NCBI GenBank assembly: GCA_965208625.1
Contig: OZ242348.1
Coordinates: 1,391,545 to 1,455,544 of the forward strand
DNA length: 64,000 nucleotides
Direction of reading: 5' to 3'
Source: Dehalococcoidia bacterium
GTDB taxonomy: Bacteria > Chloroflexota > Dehalococcoidia > Lucifugimonadales > Australimonadaceae
The notes under the pieces: generated by a model
The model's input: only the letters and a program-made list of their open reading frames with translations
The model's database searches: none
Told to the model about the DNA's origin: nothing
Program-made: the position numbers and the translations under genes
Part shown: positions 38,932 to 49,003 of the stretch, in pieces
Layout of the letters: each line of letters starts with the position of its first letter
Numbering within the stretch: the stretch's first letter is position 1

Positions 38932-39762
38932 ATGCAGTTGCGGAACGTGGAACGAGGCCTGACCTACGCCGACATCACCTTCGTCCACGAGGCGCTTGGG
39001 GCGGACGGGCCCGCCGGGGACGAGATGACGCAGGCCCTCGCGGACGAGGAGCGCCGCGCGCAACTGCTCGGCAGCCAGCGGCTGTTCGACGCCCTCATGC
39101 CGCACGACGGCTCGCTCGCGCCCGTCTCGCCACGGCTGTTCTTCGAGGCGCTGCTGCGGCGCGCGGTCGACGAGCTGCAGGGGGCACAGCACACGTTCGA
39201 GCGCACGGGTTCGGTCTCCGGCGAGCGTGTGCCCGTGTTCGACGCGGCGGAGGTGGCGGCGTTCGCGACACAGCCGCGCATCCTGCATTACCTCGCGGCG
39301 GCGCTCTCCTCATTCACAAAGGTACACAGCCACACGGAGCGCGTCTGGGTGCGGCGCGGCGTCGTGCGCAAGGTGCGCTACAGCGACCTCGACGTGCACT
39401 CGATGCTGCGGCTGATCCAGCAGACCGAGGAGCACGAGCGCCTGCCGCTCTACCGGCGCACCGGCGACCTCTGCCTGCTCATCGTCGGCGTCTTCCCCGA
39501 CTTCGCCGCGACCGCCCACCGCTATCCGGGTACGGGCGCGCTGCGGGCGCAGTCGGCTTATCGGCGCAGACTGAGCACAGAGGAGTACGAGACGGTCGCT
39601 GCGGAGATGTACGCGCACGCTGCCCGGTACGACACGGGTGAGATGGCTTCGGTCCACCGCGCGCTCAGCGACCACGTCACAGACGCGAAGAAGCCGCTCA
39701 ATTTCATGGCCGAGCACTACCTCGGCTTCAGGCGGGACCGGCTGTTCGGGATGGGGGAGTAG
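38932..39762 (+). CDS. hypothetical protein
   Basis: 276 aa from ATG 38932. Coding-like composition, no motif recognised. Confidence 0.5.
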   Translation: MQLRNVERGLTYADITFVHEALGADGPAGDEMTQALADEERRAQLLGSQRLFDALMPHDGSLAPVSPRLFFEALLRRAVDELQGAQHTFERTGSVSGERVPVFDAAEVAAFATQPRILHYLAAALSSFTKVHSHTERVWVRRGVVRKVRYSDLDVHSMLRLIQQTEEHERLPLYRRTGDLCLLIVGVFPDFAATAHRYPGTGALRAQSAYRRRLSTEEYETVAAEMYAHAARYDTGEMASVHRALSDHVTDAKKPLNFMAEHYLGFRRDRLFGMGE

Positions 39763-39850
39763 AAGGATCGTACCGGTACTCTTGCCCTCCCACCCCCGCA
39801 GGCGTAAAGTCGCGGCCAAGTGAACGGATGACGCAGTCGGGAGGTGCGCG

Positions 39851-40882
39851 ATGGCCGTGATCGATTCAGATGCCCACGTCGTGGAATCGGAGCGGACGTG
39901 GGACTTCATCCCGGAGGACCTGCAGCACCTCCGCCCCATCGTGCTGCTGCCCAAGGAAGGCTACAAGTCACCCTCGCCGGAGTTCTGGTACGTGGACGGA
40001 CGGGCGTTCAGCAAGGGCGTCAACGTCGGGCTCGACACGGACGAGGCGACGCGCGAGGCGAGCGACATCGCCAGGCGGCTGGCACACATGGACGAGCTCG
40101 GCGTCGACACGCACGTCCTCTATCCCAGCATCTTCCTGCGACCGCTGGCGACGCACCCGGAGGTCGACCTTGCGCTCGCGCAGGGTTACAACCGCTGGCT
40201 CGCCGACATCTACCGGCAGGGCGGCGGACGCCTGCGCTGGGCCGTCGTCCTCCCCACGATGTCGCTCGACAAGTCCATCGAGGAGATGCAATTCGGGAAG
40301 GACAACGGGGCGTGCGCCGTGTTCATGCGCGGCATCGAGGGGCCGCACCGGCTGAGCGACCCGTACATGACGCCCCTCTGGGAGGAGGCGCAGCGGCTGG
40401 ACCTGCCAGTCTGCATCCACGCCGCAACGGGCAACTTCAACTTCTTCGACTACTTCGGGCGGGACGCGGGCTTCTCCACGTTCAAGCTCTCGGGAGTCGG
40501 CGCGTTCCACGACATCGTGATGAAGGACATGCACCTGCGTTTCCCCGACCTGCGCTGGGGGTTCGTCGAACTGAGCGCGTCGTGGGTGCCGTACGCCATG
40601 AACGACCTCGCTCTGCGGTTCGAGAAGCGGGGCAGGGCGTGGCCGGGGCGCGAACTGCTGGCTGAGCGGAACATCTGGGTTGCCGTGCAGACCGCAGACG
40701 ACATCGACTACGTCATCGACTGCGCGGGCGACGACAACCTCGTCCTCGGCACGGACTACGGCCACAACGACACCTCGACCGAGCTGCACGCGCTCCGCAA
40801 CCTGCGAGAGAACGGCGGCCTCGGCGACGACGTAGCGGACAAGATACTCGACCACAACCCCACCAGACTCTACGCGCTCTAG
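39851..40882 (+). CDS. amidohydrolase-2 family protein
   Basis: 343 aa. VIDSDAHVVE N-terminal motif and GTDYGHND near the C-terminus. Confidence 0.85.
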   Translation: MAVIDSDAHVVESERTWDFIPEDLQHLRPIVLLPKEGYKSPSPEFWYVDGRAFSKGVNVGLDTDEATREASDIARRLAHMDELGVDTHVLYPSIFLRPLATHPEVDLALAQGYNRWLADIYRQGGGRLRWAVVLPTMSLDKSIEEMQFGKDNGACAVFMRGIEGPHRLSDPYMTPLWEEAQRLDLPVCIHAATGNFNFFDYFGRDAGFSTFKLSGVGAFHDIVMKDMHLRFPDLRWGFVELSASWVPYAMNDLALRFEKRGRAWPGRELLAERNIWVAVQTADDIDYVIDCAGDDNLVLGTDYGHNDTSTELHALRNLRENGGLGDDVADKILDHNPTRLYAL

Positions 40883-40916
40883 CGCACGAACCAGAACACC
40901 TTCGGGAGGACCTGTC

Positions 40917-41918
40917 ATGGCACGCATCGGAAGGATCGGACGCTTGGGACGGCTCATGCTCCTTGCGGGAGCGCTCGCGGCCATCGCCGCATTCGGCGCG
41001 GCTTGCGGCGACGATGAGCCGGACTTCCCCACTCGCGACGTCGAGTGGTTCGTCGGCTTCGCAGCGGGTGGCGGATTCGACACCGCGAGCCGCATCATCG
41101 CCGACAAGATGAGTGATGACCTCGGCGTGAACGTCGTGGTGCGGAACATCGAGGGCGGCGGCGGACGGCGCGCGGTGCAGGAGATAGCCCGCTCCGACCC
41201 GGACGGCCACGCCATCTCCATCATGAACATGCCGAACCAGATAACGGCGGAACGGCTCGACCCGGAGGACGTGGACTTCAACGAACTCTCATGGGTCGGC
41301 CGAGCGGTCATCCAGACCTACGGCCTGTACACCGCGTCCGCGAACGACTTCAACACACCTGAAGACCTGCAGGGCATGCCTGACGTCCGCTTCTGCCTGA
41401 GCGGCCTCGCCGGACACTCGTTCCTCGTCGCGTCCGTCACCACTGAGGTGATGGGCATCGCGTGGAACCCGGTGACGGGCTACCGCGGGCAGGAGACGCA
41501 GGCCGGTCTGCTACGCGGCGACTGTGAGCTGGCCCTCGGTCCGATCGCGGGCACGACGCTGACCGCAGTGCAGGGGCCGGACTTCAAGGTGCTGTGGATG
41601 TACTCCAGCGAGCGCTTCGGCCCGGTGCCGGACGCACCGACGGTTGACGAGCTTGGCTTCCCCGAGCTCGGCGGCTCCAAGTTCGCGAACAACGGACTCG
41701 TCGCGGCAGCCCCCGGCACGCCTGACGACATCCTCCAGATTCTGGCGGACGCCTTCGACAGCGCTCTCCAGGACGCAGACGTCATCGCGGGCATCAACAA
41801 CGCCGGCATGGGCGTCGAAACGCTCACCCCTGACGAGACGGCAGAGGTCGTCGAGGGGATGGACGGCATCGTCTCGGAGTACATCGACACGGTAAGGCAG
41901 AAGTCGCAGGCACAATAG
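40917..41918 (+). CDS. tctC: tripartite tricarboxylate transporter substrate-binding protein (TctC/Bug family), lipoprotein
   Basis: 333 aa. Lipobox AAFGAAC. Bug-family pattern VGFAAGGGFDTASR...VVRNIEGGGG. Confidence 0.85.
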   Translation: MARIGRIGRLGRLMLLAGALAAIAAFGAACGDDEPDFPTRDVEWFVGFAAGGGFDTASRIIADKMSDDLGVNVVVRNIEGGGGRRAVQEIARSDPDGHAISIMNMPNQITAERLDPEDVDFNELSWVGRAVIQTYGLYTASANDFNTPEDLQGMPDVRFCLSGLAGHSFLVASVTTEVMGIAWNPVTGYRGQETQAGLLRGDCELALGPIAGTTLTAVQGPDFKVLWMYSSERFGPVPDAPTVDELGFPELGGSKFANNGLVAAAPGTPDDILQILADAFDSALQDADVIAGINNAGMGVETLTPDETAEVVEGMDGIVSEYIDTVRQKSQAQ

Positions 41919-41939
41919 CGAGGGAGGCCCGACAACCTT

Positions 41940-43448
41940 ATGTTCGAGGCATTCCTCGACGGACTCGCGGGGATGGGGAACCCTGCCGTGATCGGGGCGA
42001 TCGTCCTGGGCACGGTGCTCGGCGTCCTGTTCGGGGTGATCCCCGGTCTGGGCAGCGTCATCGCGATGACGCTGATCCTGCCGTTCACGTTCGGCTGGGA
42101 CCCCATCATCGCGATGTACGTGTTCGCGGGCATCATCGGCACCGCGAGCACGGGCGGCGGCGTGCCCGCCATTCTCCTCAACACGCCGGGGACGATAGCG
42201 AACGTCTGCACGACGTTCGACGGCTTCCCCATGACACGTCGAGGAGAGGGCGGGCGGGCCATAGGTCTGGCCGCTACTGCGTCAGCACTCGGCACGCTTT
42301 TCAGCATCATTGTGCTGGCGGCGCTGCTGCCGCTGGCGGAGGTGATGCTGCGGGCGTTCACGCCCCCGGACTTCTTCTGGCTCATCATCCTGGGCCTTAT
42401 CGCCGTGACGTTCGCATCGCGGCAGAACATGGCGAAGGGGCTCGCGGCGGGCGGTGTCGGCATCCTCATCGCCCTCATCGGGTTCAGCCCGGTGTTCGGC
42501 GTGCGGCGCTACACGCTCGGCAGCGAATACCTGTGGGACGGCATCGAGATCGTGCCGCTGGTCATCGGCTTCTTCGCGCTGAGCGAGCTCATCGTCTACA
42601 CGTCGCGCGGCGGCTCCATCGCGCGCGACGCCAACGTTAACCTGGGCGGGTTCAGGCAGATCATGCGCGGCGCGGTGGAGGTGTTCCAGTACAAGGCGAT
42701 CCTGCTGCGCGGCTCCGTCATCGGCACCGTCATCGGGGCCATCCCCGGCGCGGGCGGCGCGGTGGCGAACTTCCTCTCCTACTCCACGGCCAAGCAGGCG
42801 TCCAAGACGCCGGAGTTGTTCGGCACCGGCTATCCCGGCGGGGTCGTCGCGTCCGAGTCGTCCAACGACGCGAAGGACGGCGGCATCCTGCTGCCGACGC
42901 TCACGTTCGGCATCCCCGGCAACGGCGAGATGGTCATCCTGATGGGCGCGTTCGTGCTGCACGGCATCCAGCCGGGGCGGGACCTGCTCGTGAACCGGCT
43001 GGACATCGTGTGGGCCATCATCCTCGGCGTCATCGCGGCGCAGGTGCTCACGACCATCATCATCCTCGGGGGCGGGGCGTGGCTGGCGCGCATCAGCCTC
43101 GTGCCGGTGAAGTACATCGCGCCGTTCGTGGCCATTCTCTCGTTCATCGGCGTCTACGCCGTGCGCAGCAACATCTGGGACGTGGCTCTCGCGGTGTTCG
43201 CCGCCATCGTCGGCTTCTCGATGCGGCGCGCCGGGTTCCCGCTCATCACGCTGGTCATCGGCTTCGTGCTCGGCCAGCTGGCGGAGGAGAAGTTCACGCA
43301 GTCGCTCCAGATATCGGGCGGCGGGTACTCGATATTCTTCACGCGGCCTGTGTCCATCGTCCTGCTGCTTGGCATCTTCTTCATGCTCGGCTGGTCGATG
43401 TACAAGGCGGCGAAGAAGAATCCGGCTCCGCAAGGAGCGCAGCCATGA
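41940..43448 (+). CDS. tctA: tripartite tricarboxylate transporter large permease
   Basis: 502 aa polytopic protein. G(V/L)IPGLG and IPG(A/N)G motifs typical of TctA. Confidence 0.9.
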   Translation: MFEAFLDGLAGMGNPAVIGAIVLGTVLGVLFGVIPGLGSVIAMTLILPFTFGWDPIIAMYVFAGIIGTASTGGGVPAILLNTPGTIANVCTTFDGFPMTRRGEGGRAIGLAATASALGTLFSIIVLAALLPLAEVMLRAFTPPDFFWLIILGLIAVTFASRQNMAKGLAAGGVGILIALIGFSPVFGVRRYTLGSEYLWDGIEIVPLVIGFFALSELIVYTSRGGSIARDANVNLGGFRQIMRGAVEVFQYKAILLRGSVIGTVIGAIPGAGGAVANFLSYSTAKQASKTPELFGTGYPGGVVASESSNDAKDGGILLPTLTFGIPGNGEMVILMGAFVLHGIQPGRDLLVNRLDIVWAIILGVIAAQVLTTIIILGGGAWLARISLVPVKYIAPFVAILSFIGVYAVRSNIWDVALAVFAAIVGFSMRRAGFPLITLVIGFVLGQLAEEKFTQSLQISGGGYSIFFTRPVSIVLLLGIFFMLGWSMYKAAKKNPAPQGAQP

Positions 43449-43999
43449 CGCGCATCAACGGCTTCAACCTGGGCGTCTACGCCTTCCTGCTCACCATCGC
43501 ACTGAGCATCGTCCTGGGCGCGACCGCCTACGCGGGCAAGCAGCAGCTCACAGCGTTCGTCATCGGGGTCCCGACGATCACACTGCTCGTTTTCCTCTTC
43601 CTGGCAGAGGTCACCCCGCGCCTCATCAAACTGACGGGGGCGTTCGGCGTCTCAGAAGACGATGCGCCACAGGCCGCCGAGGACGACGCGGGCGCAAGCC
43701 CCGGCGGCATGGAGACAGGCTCGTGGCGGCGGATCGGCATCGTCTACGGCTGGCTCCTGCTCTACTTCGCCATGACGTTCGTCTTCGGGTTCTACATCGC
43801 GATACCGGTCTTCATGGTGCTCTTCCTCACCATCGAGTCGCGCCTCATCCCCGTCTTTGCCGTGGGCGTGATGGTGGCGGCGGGTCTGCCGCTGTACATC
43901 ATCTTCCGCCTGGTGCTGGACATACCGCTCTGGCCGGGGATCCTGCCGCGCATCATCCCGGGCGTCATCGGCGGCGGCATCGTCCCCCAGCTGAACTAA
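43445..43999 (+). CDS. tctB: tripartite tricarboxylate transporter small membrane protein (TctB-like)
   Basis: 184 aa, about 4 TM segments. ATGA overlap with the tctA stop. The call rests on position and size. Confidence 0.6.
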   Translation: MTRINGFNLGVYAFLLTIALSIVLGATAYAGKQQLTAFVIGVPTITLLVFLFLAEVTPRLIKLTGAFGVSEDDAPQAAEDDAGASPGGMETGSWRRIGIVYGWLLLYFAMTFVFGFYIAIPVFMVLFLTIESRLIPVFAVGVMVAAGLPLYIIFRLVLDIPLWPGILPRIIPGVIGGGIVPQLN

Positions 44000-44005
44000 G
44001 GCGCT

Positions 44006-44668
44006 TTACCCGCCAACGAGCACGACCCTCCGCCCCCGCAGCGGTTGGAGCGGCCTGTTGTTCGGCCCGCCGCTGAATGCCTGGAGCGCATCCACCTGCT
44101 CTTGCGACACCGTTCCGGGATCACGCAGCATCACCCACGCCACCGGCTCGTGGCACGGAGGCGTCGTCTTCGAGCCGGTGTAGTTGTAGAACGCGGTGGA
44201 GCGCGGTGTGAAACCCGCCGACCCGGAAGGGAAGGCCGTTGCAGCGCCGGACGCCGCGTCGAGCATCGCCTGGAGGACAGGGCTCAGGTCGCCGAGCCGG
44301 TAGAGGACGCCGACCACGAGCGCGTCGCCGGACGCGTCCTCGTGCACCATGTGGAGTTCCGCCGCGAAGGCTTCGCCGTCCACGGTGTGCTCGGCGGGAG
44401 CGTGGAAGTGGGCGGACTGCAACTCGTAGCGTCGGCCTCCCAGCGCCACGCTACTGCCCGGTCCAAACTCCACGACGATGGAGCCTCGCACGAGCGCTGC
44501 GCTGCTTACGGTTCCGTCGTACGAGAACGACAACGCAGGAGCGTCGGCGCGTTCGTAGCCGGTGATGTCTACCGGCGACTGCTGGACGCCTTCGCCGCAG
44601 GGCGCGTACTCCGGAGCGAGCGACGCCCAATGCTCAGGGCCGGTTGGCCCTACGTAACCCCACACCAT
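44006..44668 (-). CDS. alpha-class carbonic anhydrase
   Basis: 220 aa. QSPVDI, SAHFHAPAEHTVDG, ELHMVHE and GSKTTPPC signature segments. No obvious signal peptide. Confidence 0.85.
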   Translation of the reverse strand: MVWGYVGPTGPEHWASLAPEYAPCGEGVQQSPVDITGYERADAPALSFSYDGTVSSAALVRGSIVVEFGPGSSVALGGRRYELQSAHFHAPAEHTVDGEAFAAELHMVHEDASGDALVVGVLYRLGDLSPVLQAMLDAASGAATAFPSGSAGFTPRSTAFYNYTGSKTTPPCHEPVAWVMLRDPGTVSQEQVDALQAFSGGPNNRPLQPLRGRRVVLVGG

Positions 44669-44673
44669 GCCAA

Positions 44674-45222
44674 TCAGCTCAGGTACTTGGCGATGACCTC
44701 GTCCAGCGGCAGCACCTCGCTGTGCAGGACGTTCCGCACGATGCGGAGCGCGTAGTCCTTCACCTCAGGCGGCTCACTCTCCCGGTGCACCATCGTGCAG
44801 TCCTCCACGACGACGACCTTGTACCGAAATTGGAACGCGTCGGCGGCGGTCCACAGTACCGTGTTGTCGGTCGACGCCCCGGCGATGATGACGGTGTCCC
44901 GGTGGGTCGTGCGCAGGACGTAGTCCAGGTCGTTGTGGGAAAAGCCGCTCAGGTAGCGCTTGTAGACGAGGATGTCCTTGTCGACCGGTTGCAGCTCCGG
45001 GATGACGTCGAGGGCGTCGGTGCCCTCCTTCATCATCACGCGGGACCAGTCGCCGACCTGGTCGCTCTCTCTCCGCATCGAGTTGACGTGGATGATCTGC
45101 GCCTCGGCGGCGTACGCGGCATCCTTGAGCCGCCGAACGTTCGCCACCATCTCGTAGCCGTACGAGCCGGGCGCCCAGCCGTAGCCCTTCGCCATGTCCA
45201 GGATGATCACTGCGATGTTCAT
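44674..45222 (-). CDS. isochorismatase-like (cysteine hydrolase fold) protein; the nucleophile position reads Thr
   Basis: ATG 45222 with AAGGAG upstream. The fold pattern VIILDM...VIIAGASTDNTVLWTAADA...VVVVED is present, but the usual ATDxCV Cys is replaced (STDNTV). Confidence 0.65.
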   Translation of the reverse strand: MNIAVIILDMAKGYGWAPGSYGYEMVANVRRLKDAAYAAEAQIIHVNSMRRESDQVGDWSRVMMKEGTDALDVIPELQPVDKDILVYKRYLSGFSHNDLDYVLRTTHRDTVIIAGASTDNTVLWTAADAFQFRYKVVVVEDCTMVHRESEPPEVKDYALRIVRNVLHSEVLPLDEVIAKYLS

Positions 45223-45241
45223 CTCTTCTCCTTTGTGCGCC

Positions 45242-46108
45242 CTACCCTGCCGCTTCTTTGAAGCGGCGCAGGGCGTCGATGTGTTCATCCGCCGAACCGA
45301 GTCCCGCGCGGAGGGTGTTGAAGGAGATGTGCGTTGCGCCCATCCCTTGCCACGCCTCGGAGTCACGCAGCGCGCCGTCGACGCCGCCGCGGGACACGGC
45401 GACCCGCGCGTCGACGCCCACGTCGTCCTGCGAGCGTCCCGCCTCCGCAACGAAGTTGCGGAACGCCGCCACCCGCTCTCTGCCCTGCTCGTCCGCCTGC
45501 AACTGCGGGAACCAGCCGTCGCCCATTCGGGCGATGCGCCGGAGCACGCCGTCCGAGCGTCCGCCGCCGAACCAGATGGGGATGGGGCGCTGCACCGGCA
45601 GCGGTTTGATGCCCGCGCCGGGGATGCTGTGCCACTTGCCCTGGAAGTCGACGATCTCGTTCGTCCAGAGCGCACGCAGCAGTTCAACCTGCTCTTCGGA
45701 GCGCTTGCCGCGGTCGTGGAAGTTCTCGTTCAGTGCCTCGTACTCAACATCGTTCCAGCCGATGCCGACGCCGAGGCGAAGCCGTCCGCCGCTGAGCACG
45801 TCCACCTGTGCGGCCTGCTTGGCGAGGAGCGCAGTCTGCCGCTGCGGCAGGATGATGACGGCGGTGACGAGCTCGATGCGGCTGGTCAGCGCAGCGAGGT
45901 AGCCGAACGTGACCATCGGCTCGTGGAAGACGTCCTTGTGCGAGTACGGGCCCTGCCAGTCCAGCCTGCGGTTGGTGTCCGCGCCGAGGACGTGGTCGTA
46001 GAAGATGAGGTGCGCGTACCCCAGGCCCTCGGCGGCCTCGGCGAACGCCCGCACCGCGCCCGGGTCTTCGCCTATCTCATTCTGGGGGAAAACAACGCCT
46101 AGCTGCAT
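45242..46108 (-). CDS. LLM-class F420-dependent oxidoreductase
   Basis: 288 aa. MQLGVVFPQNEIGEDPGAVRAFAEAAEGLGYAHLIFYDHVLGA is typical of the Rv2161c-like LLM subgroup. Confidence 0.8.
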   Translation of the reverse strand: MQLGVVFPQNEIGEDPGAVRAFAEAAEGLGYAHLIFYDHVLGADTNRRLDWQGPYSHKDVFHEPMVTFGYLAALTSRIELVTAVIILPQRQTALLAKQAAQVDVLSGGRLRLGVGIGWNDVEYEALNENFHDRGKRSEEQVELLRALWTNEIVDFQGKWHSIPGAGIKPLPVQRPIPIWFGGGRSDGVLRRIARMGDGWFPQLQADEQGRERVAAFRNFVAEAGRSQDDVGVDARVAVSRGGVDGALRDSEAWQGMGATHISFNTLRAGLGSADEHIDALRRFKEAAG

Positions 46109-46171
46109 GTACGCTCCTGGTCCGGGGTAGTCGAAGGGTTGGTAGTCGGTCCCTCGCGACCCGTCTCCTGC

Positions 46172-46987
46172 CTACGACGTCAAGAACTCCAACACCACCT
46201 CGTTGAACCGGTCCGCGGCCTGCTGCGGCAGCATGTGGCTGACGCCCTCGAACGGCACGAGGCGAGCGCCCGGAATGGTGGCGGCGGTCTGCTCGCCCAT
46301 CTCGAACGCGTTGGTCTGATCGGCAGTACCCCAGCACACCAGCGTCGGCGCCTTGATGTGGGGCATCCTCCGCAGGGTGTTGTACCGGATGCGCGTGTCC
46401 GGGTTGGTCATGTGGCGCATCACTGACGCGAACGCCTCTCCGTGGCCCGGCAATGAGTTCTTGCGGATGTACGGCGCGGCCACCTCATCGTAGTTGACGG
46501 TACCCTCGGGGAACCGGTGCGCGAATTGCTCTCTGATCTGCTCCTCGGTGGGGACTTTAAACTCGACCATGTTCTGCAGCGGCCGCGTCGCTGTCCCGCC
46601 GCCCGCTACGTTCACCACTTTGTTTACGCGCTCGGGGCTCTCGTACGACAGCAGCGTGACGACCCATCCGCCCATCGAGTGCCCGACGAAGTTCGCCCGC
46701 TCGATGCCGAGCACGTCCATGAATTCGCGGACGTGGTCAACGAGGTATGCGAAGGAGAACTCCTGCTGAAAGACGTCGCCGACGCCCCAGTTCAGGCAAT
46801 CGATAGCGTAGACGTGGAGCTTCTCCGAGAGCGGCCCGATGTTGCGGATCCATGACTCGCAGCCGCTCGTCCAGCCTGCGCCGTGGATGAGGATGGTTGG
46901 GTAACCCGCCCCGGCTTCCCAGTACCGGGTATTCCCATGGACCATCTCAGCGTACCGCTCAGTCCAGACTTTCGTAGTCGTAGCCAC
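46172..46987 (-). CDS. alpha/beta hydrolase (meta-cleavage-product hydrolase-like)
   Basis: GHSMGG nucleophile elbow. GTG 46987 is preferred (AAGGAG 5 nt upstream). Confidence 0.8.
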   Translation of the reverse strand: MATTTKVWTERYAEMVHGNTRYWEAGAGYPTILIHGAGWTSGCESWIRNIGPLSEKLHVYAIDCLNWGVGDVFQQEFSFAYLVDHVREFMDVLGIERANFVGHSMGGWVVTLLSYESPERVNKVVNVAGGGTATRPLQNMVEFKVPTEEQIREQFAHRFPEGTVNYDEVAAPYIRKNSLPGHGEAFASVMRHMTNPDTRIRYNTLRRMPHIKAPTLVCWGTADQTNAFEMGEQTAATIPGARLVPFEGVSHMLPQQAADRFNEVVLEFLTS

Positions 46988-47237
46988 ATGCACTCCTTTC
47001 AACCTCGCCGGGTTGCAGCAATGGTTCAATCACCCAGGGAAGGACTCACGGTACACCGAACCCGAAGTTGTCGAAAGATGAGGCGCGCGTACACGCCGGG
47101 TAACCCGACCCGTCCTGTCCGGTGCATCAGGTTAGCCTGCCCCGCTTCCCGCGTCGAGGAGGGTGCTGCTCACAGGGACGGCTCGCCCGCTGCTGCAGGC
47201 ATGCCCGGGTACAATCGAGTTCCCCAAGGAGCCAGCA

Positions 47238-47696
47238 ATGCCAACCTGGAAACGCCTCCTCATCGCGTGGTTCTTCGTGCCGGTGCACCGGCTGCTGTTC
47301 CGCCTCTCAGGCGGCCAACTGCTGGGCCGCCTGGAAGGCACAGGAGTGCTCATCCTCGTGACGAAGGGGCGCAGGAGCGGCAAGCCGCGCTCGTCGCCCC
47401 TGCTGTACTTCCGGTTCGGCGAGTTCGACGACCTCATCGTCGTCGCCTCGAACTACGGCCGGGACCGTCATCCCGCGTGGTACCTGAACATCGCCGCCGA
47501 CCCGAACATCTCGGTCGAGGCCAACGGCGAACGTTTCGCCGCGGAGGCTCGCATCACCGAGGGAGATGAGCGGACCGCGCTGTACAACCAGGTGGTAGCA
47601 GCGAACCCACGCTTCGCCATCTATTACGCCGCCACCGACCGCCAGATCCCGGTCGTCTCGCTTCGCCGCGTCGAGACCGGGGAGGAGGGGAGTTGA
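47238..47696 (+). CDS. deazaflavin (F420)-dependent nitroreductase-family protein (DDN/PF04075-like)
   Basis: 152 aa from ATG 47238. ...VTKGRRSGKPRSSPLLY...VASNYGRDRHPAWYLNIAADP signature. Confidence 0.8.
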   Translation: MPTWKRLLIAWFFVPVHRLLFRLSGGQLLGRLEGTGVLILVTKGRRSGKPRSSPLLYFRFGEFDDLIVVASNYGRDRHPAWYLNIAADPNISVEANGERFAAEARITEGDERTALYNQVVAANPRFAIYYAATDRQIPVVSLRRVETGEEGS

Positions 47697-47728
47697 CTCC
47701 CCTCCCCGGTCCTGAGCAAACGTGAAGG

Positions 47729-48883
47729 CTACGTCCTTCGCGCGTCGGTGACGCCTGCGACGCCGGTGCAGTAGGGGATGAACGCCTTCATGTTGCACTG
47801 GGCGCCGGACTTGGCGAGCTCAGCCTCGAAGATCTCGTGGATCTCGCGGTCCTCGTCCTCGTACTCGACCTGGATGCCGCCCTCCTTCATGCTCACGTCG
47901 CCACCCACGGCGGTGTTGGGCGCGATGAAGCCGCCCTTGCCGTCGCGCAGCGCCATGTAGCGGGCGCGGGTCGTGCCGGAGTTGAAGTGCTGGTGATACG
48001 TTCCCTCGCCGGGGATGATGACGACGGTCCCGACCTGCCAGTCGCACTTGATCATGTCGGAGCGGTCAGGTTTGGTCCACAGGAGGGAGAAGCCGGAGTC
48101 GCCGCTGAGCAGGAAGAGGTGTGCGCCCGGCCCATGCCGGTGGGCCTTCTTGTACGTGCCGATGGGGAACTCGGAGATGTGGTTGCCCATGTCGTTCTTG
48201 CCCATCTGCAGCATGGCGTTGATGCCGCCTGCCCCGCGCTCCTTCCAACCGTAAAGCGCCATGTCCGGAGCGTTGGGGATGAAGTTGCTCTCCCAGACGC
48301 GCTTGTTGTAGAGCGTGCCGTTGCCGCTGAACCAGGACTCGTCATCCGAGTAGCGTGAGCGGAACATGAAGTCGTTGTTGAACATGAAGTCCGTGTCGCG
48401 GAAGAGGCGCATCATGGGCGGGGCGTTGGTCGTCGCCATGTAGCGCACCTTCTCGTCACCGGAGCCGTTGAAGTGCTGGTACCAGGCATTCAGGGGGACG
48501 GTGAAGAGGGAGCCTGTCCTCCACTCGAAGGTCTGCTTGCTGTCCTCGTCCATCCATACAGTCGTCGCGCCGCGCCCGGAGACGATGTAGAAGTTGATCT
48601 CGTACATGTGGTGCTCGGGCTCCGACTTGCCGCCGGGTTTGATGTCCACCACGTGCAGGTCGTTGGGCAGGAGCGCATTGTCGATGCGGACAACCGCGCC
48701 ATCGCCGCCCTTGCGCTCCCAGGGACCAACCTCGACCTCGTGCCAGTTAGGGATATAGAAGGTCTTGTGGACCATCACCCCTTCGCTCTCCAGCCAGTCC
48801 TCGTAGGCGTCGGGGATGCGGAAGTCTTCGAGCTGTCCGGTTGGCGTTTCCGCCACCTTCATGTCGGTGCCTTGCATAACCAT
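47729..48883 (-). CDS. bicupin protein (gentisate-dioxygenase-like fold)
   Basis: 384 aa with two cupin barrels (EPEHHMYEINFYIVSGRG and HRHGPGAHLFLLSG). Confidence 0.7.
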   Translation of the reverse strand: MVMQGTDMKVAETPTGQLEDFRIPDAYEDWLESEGVMVHKTFYIPNWHEVEVGPWERKGGDGAVVRIDNALLPNDLHVVDIKPGGKSEPEHHMYEINFYIVSGRGATTVWMDEDSKQTFEWRTGSLFTVPLNAWYQHFNGSGDEKVRYMATTNAPPMMRLFRDTDFMFNNDFMFRSRYSDDESWFSGNGTLYNKRVWESNFIPNAPDMALYGWKERGAGGINAMLQMGKNDMGNHISEFPIGTYKKAHRHGPGAHLFLLSGDSGFSLLWTKPDRSDMIKCDWQVGTVVIIPGEGTYHQHFNSGTTRARYMALRDGKGGFIAPNTAVGGDVSMKEGGIQVEYEDEDREIHEIFEAELAKSGAQCNMKAFIPYCTGVAGVTDARRT

Positions 48884-49003
48884 GGCGCGCCTCCATTGCG
48901 AGATGGCGCGAGCCTACCGCAACCATGAGCAGCGCACAAATGCCCCGCTCACGCACACAAATGAAGGGGCACTTCCTGAACAAACCGACGGGTTCGGCCA
49001 GCC

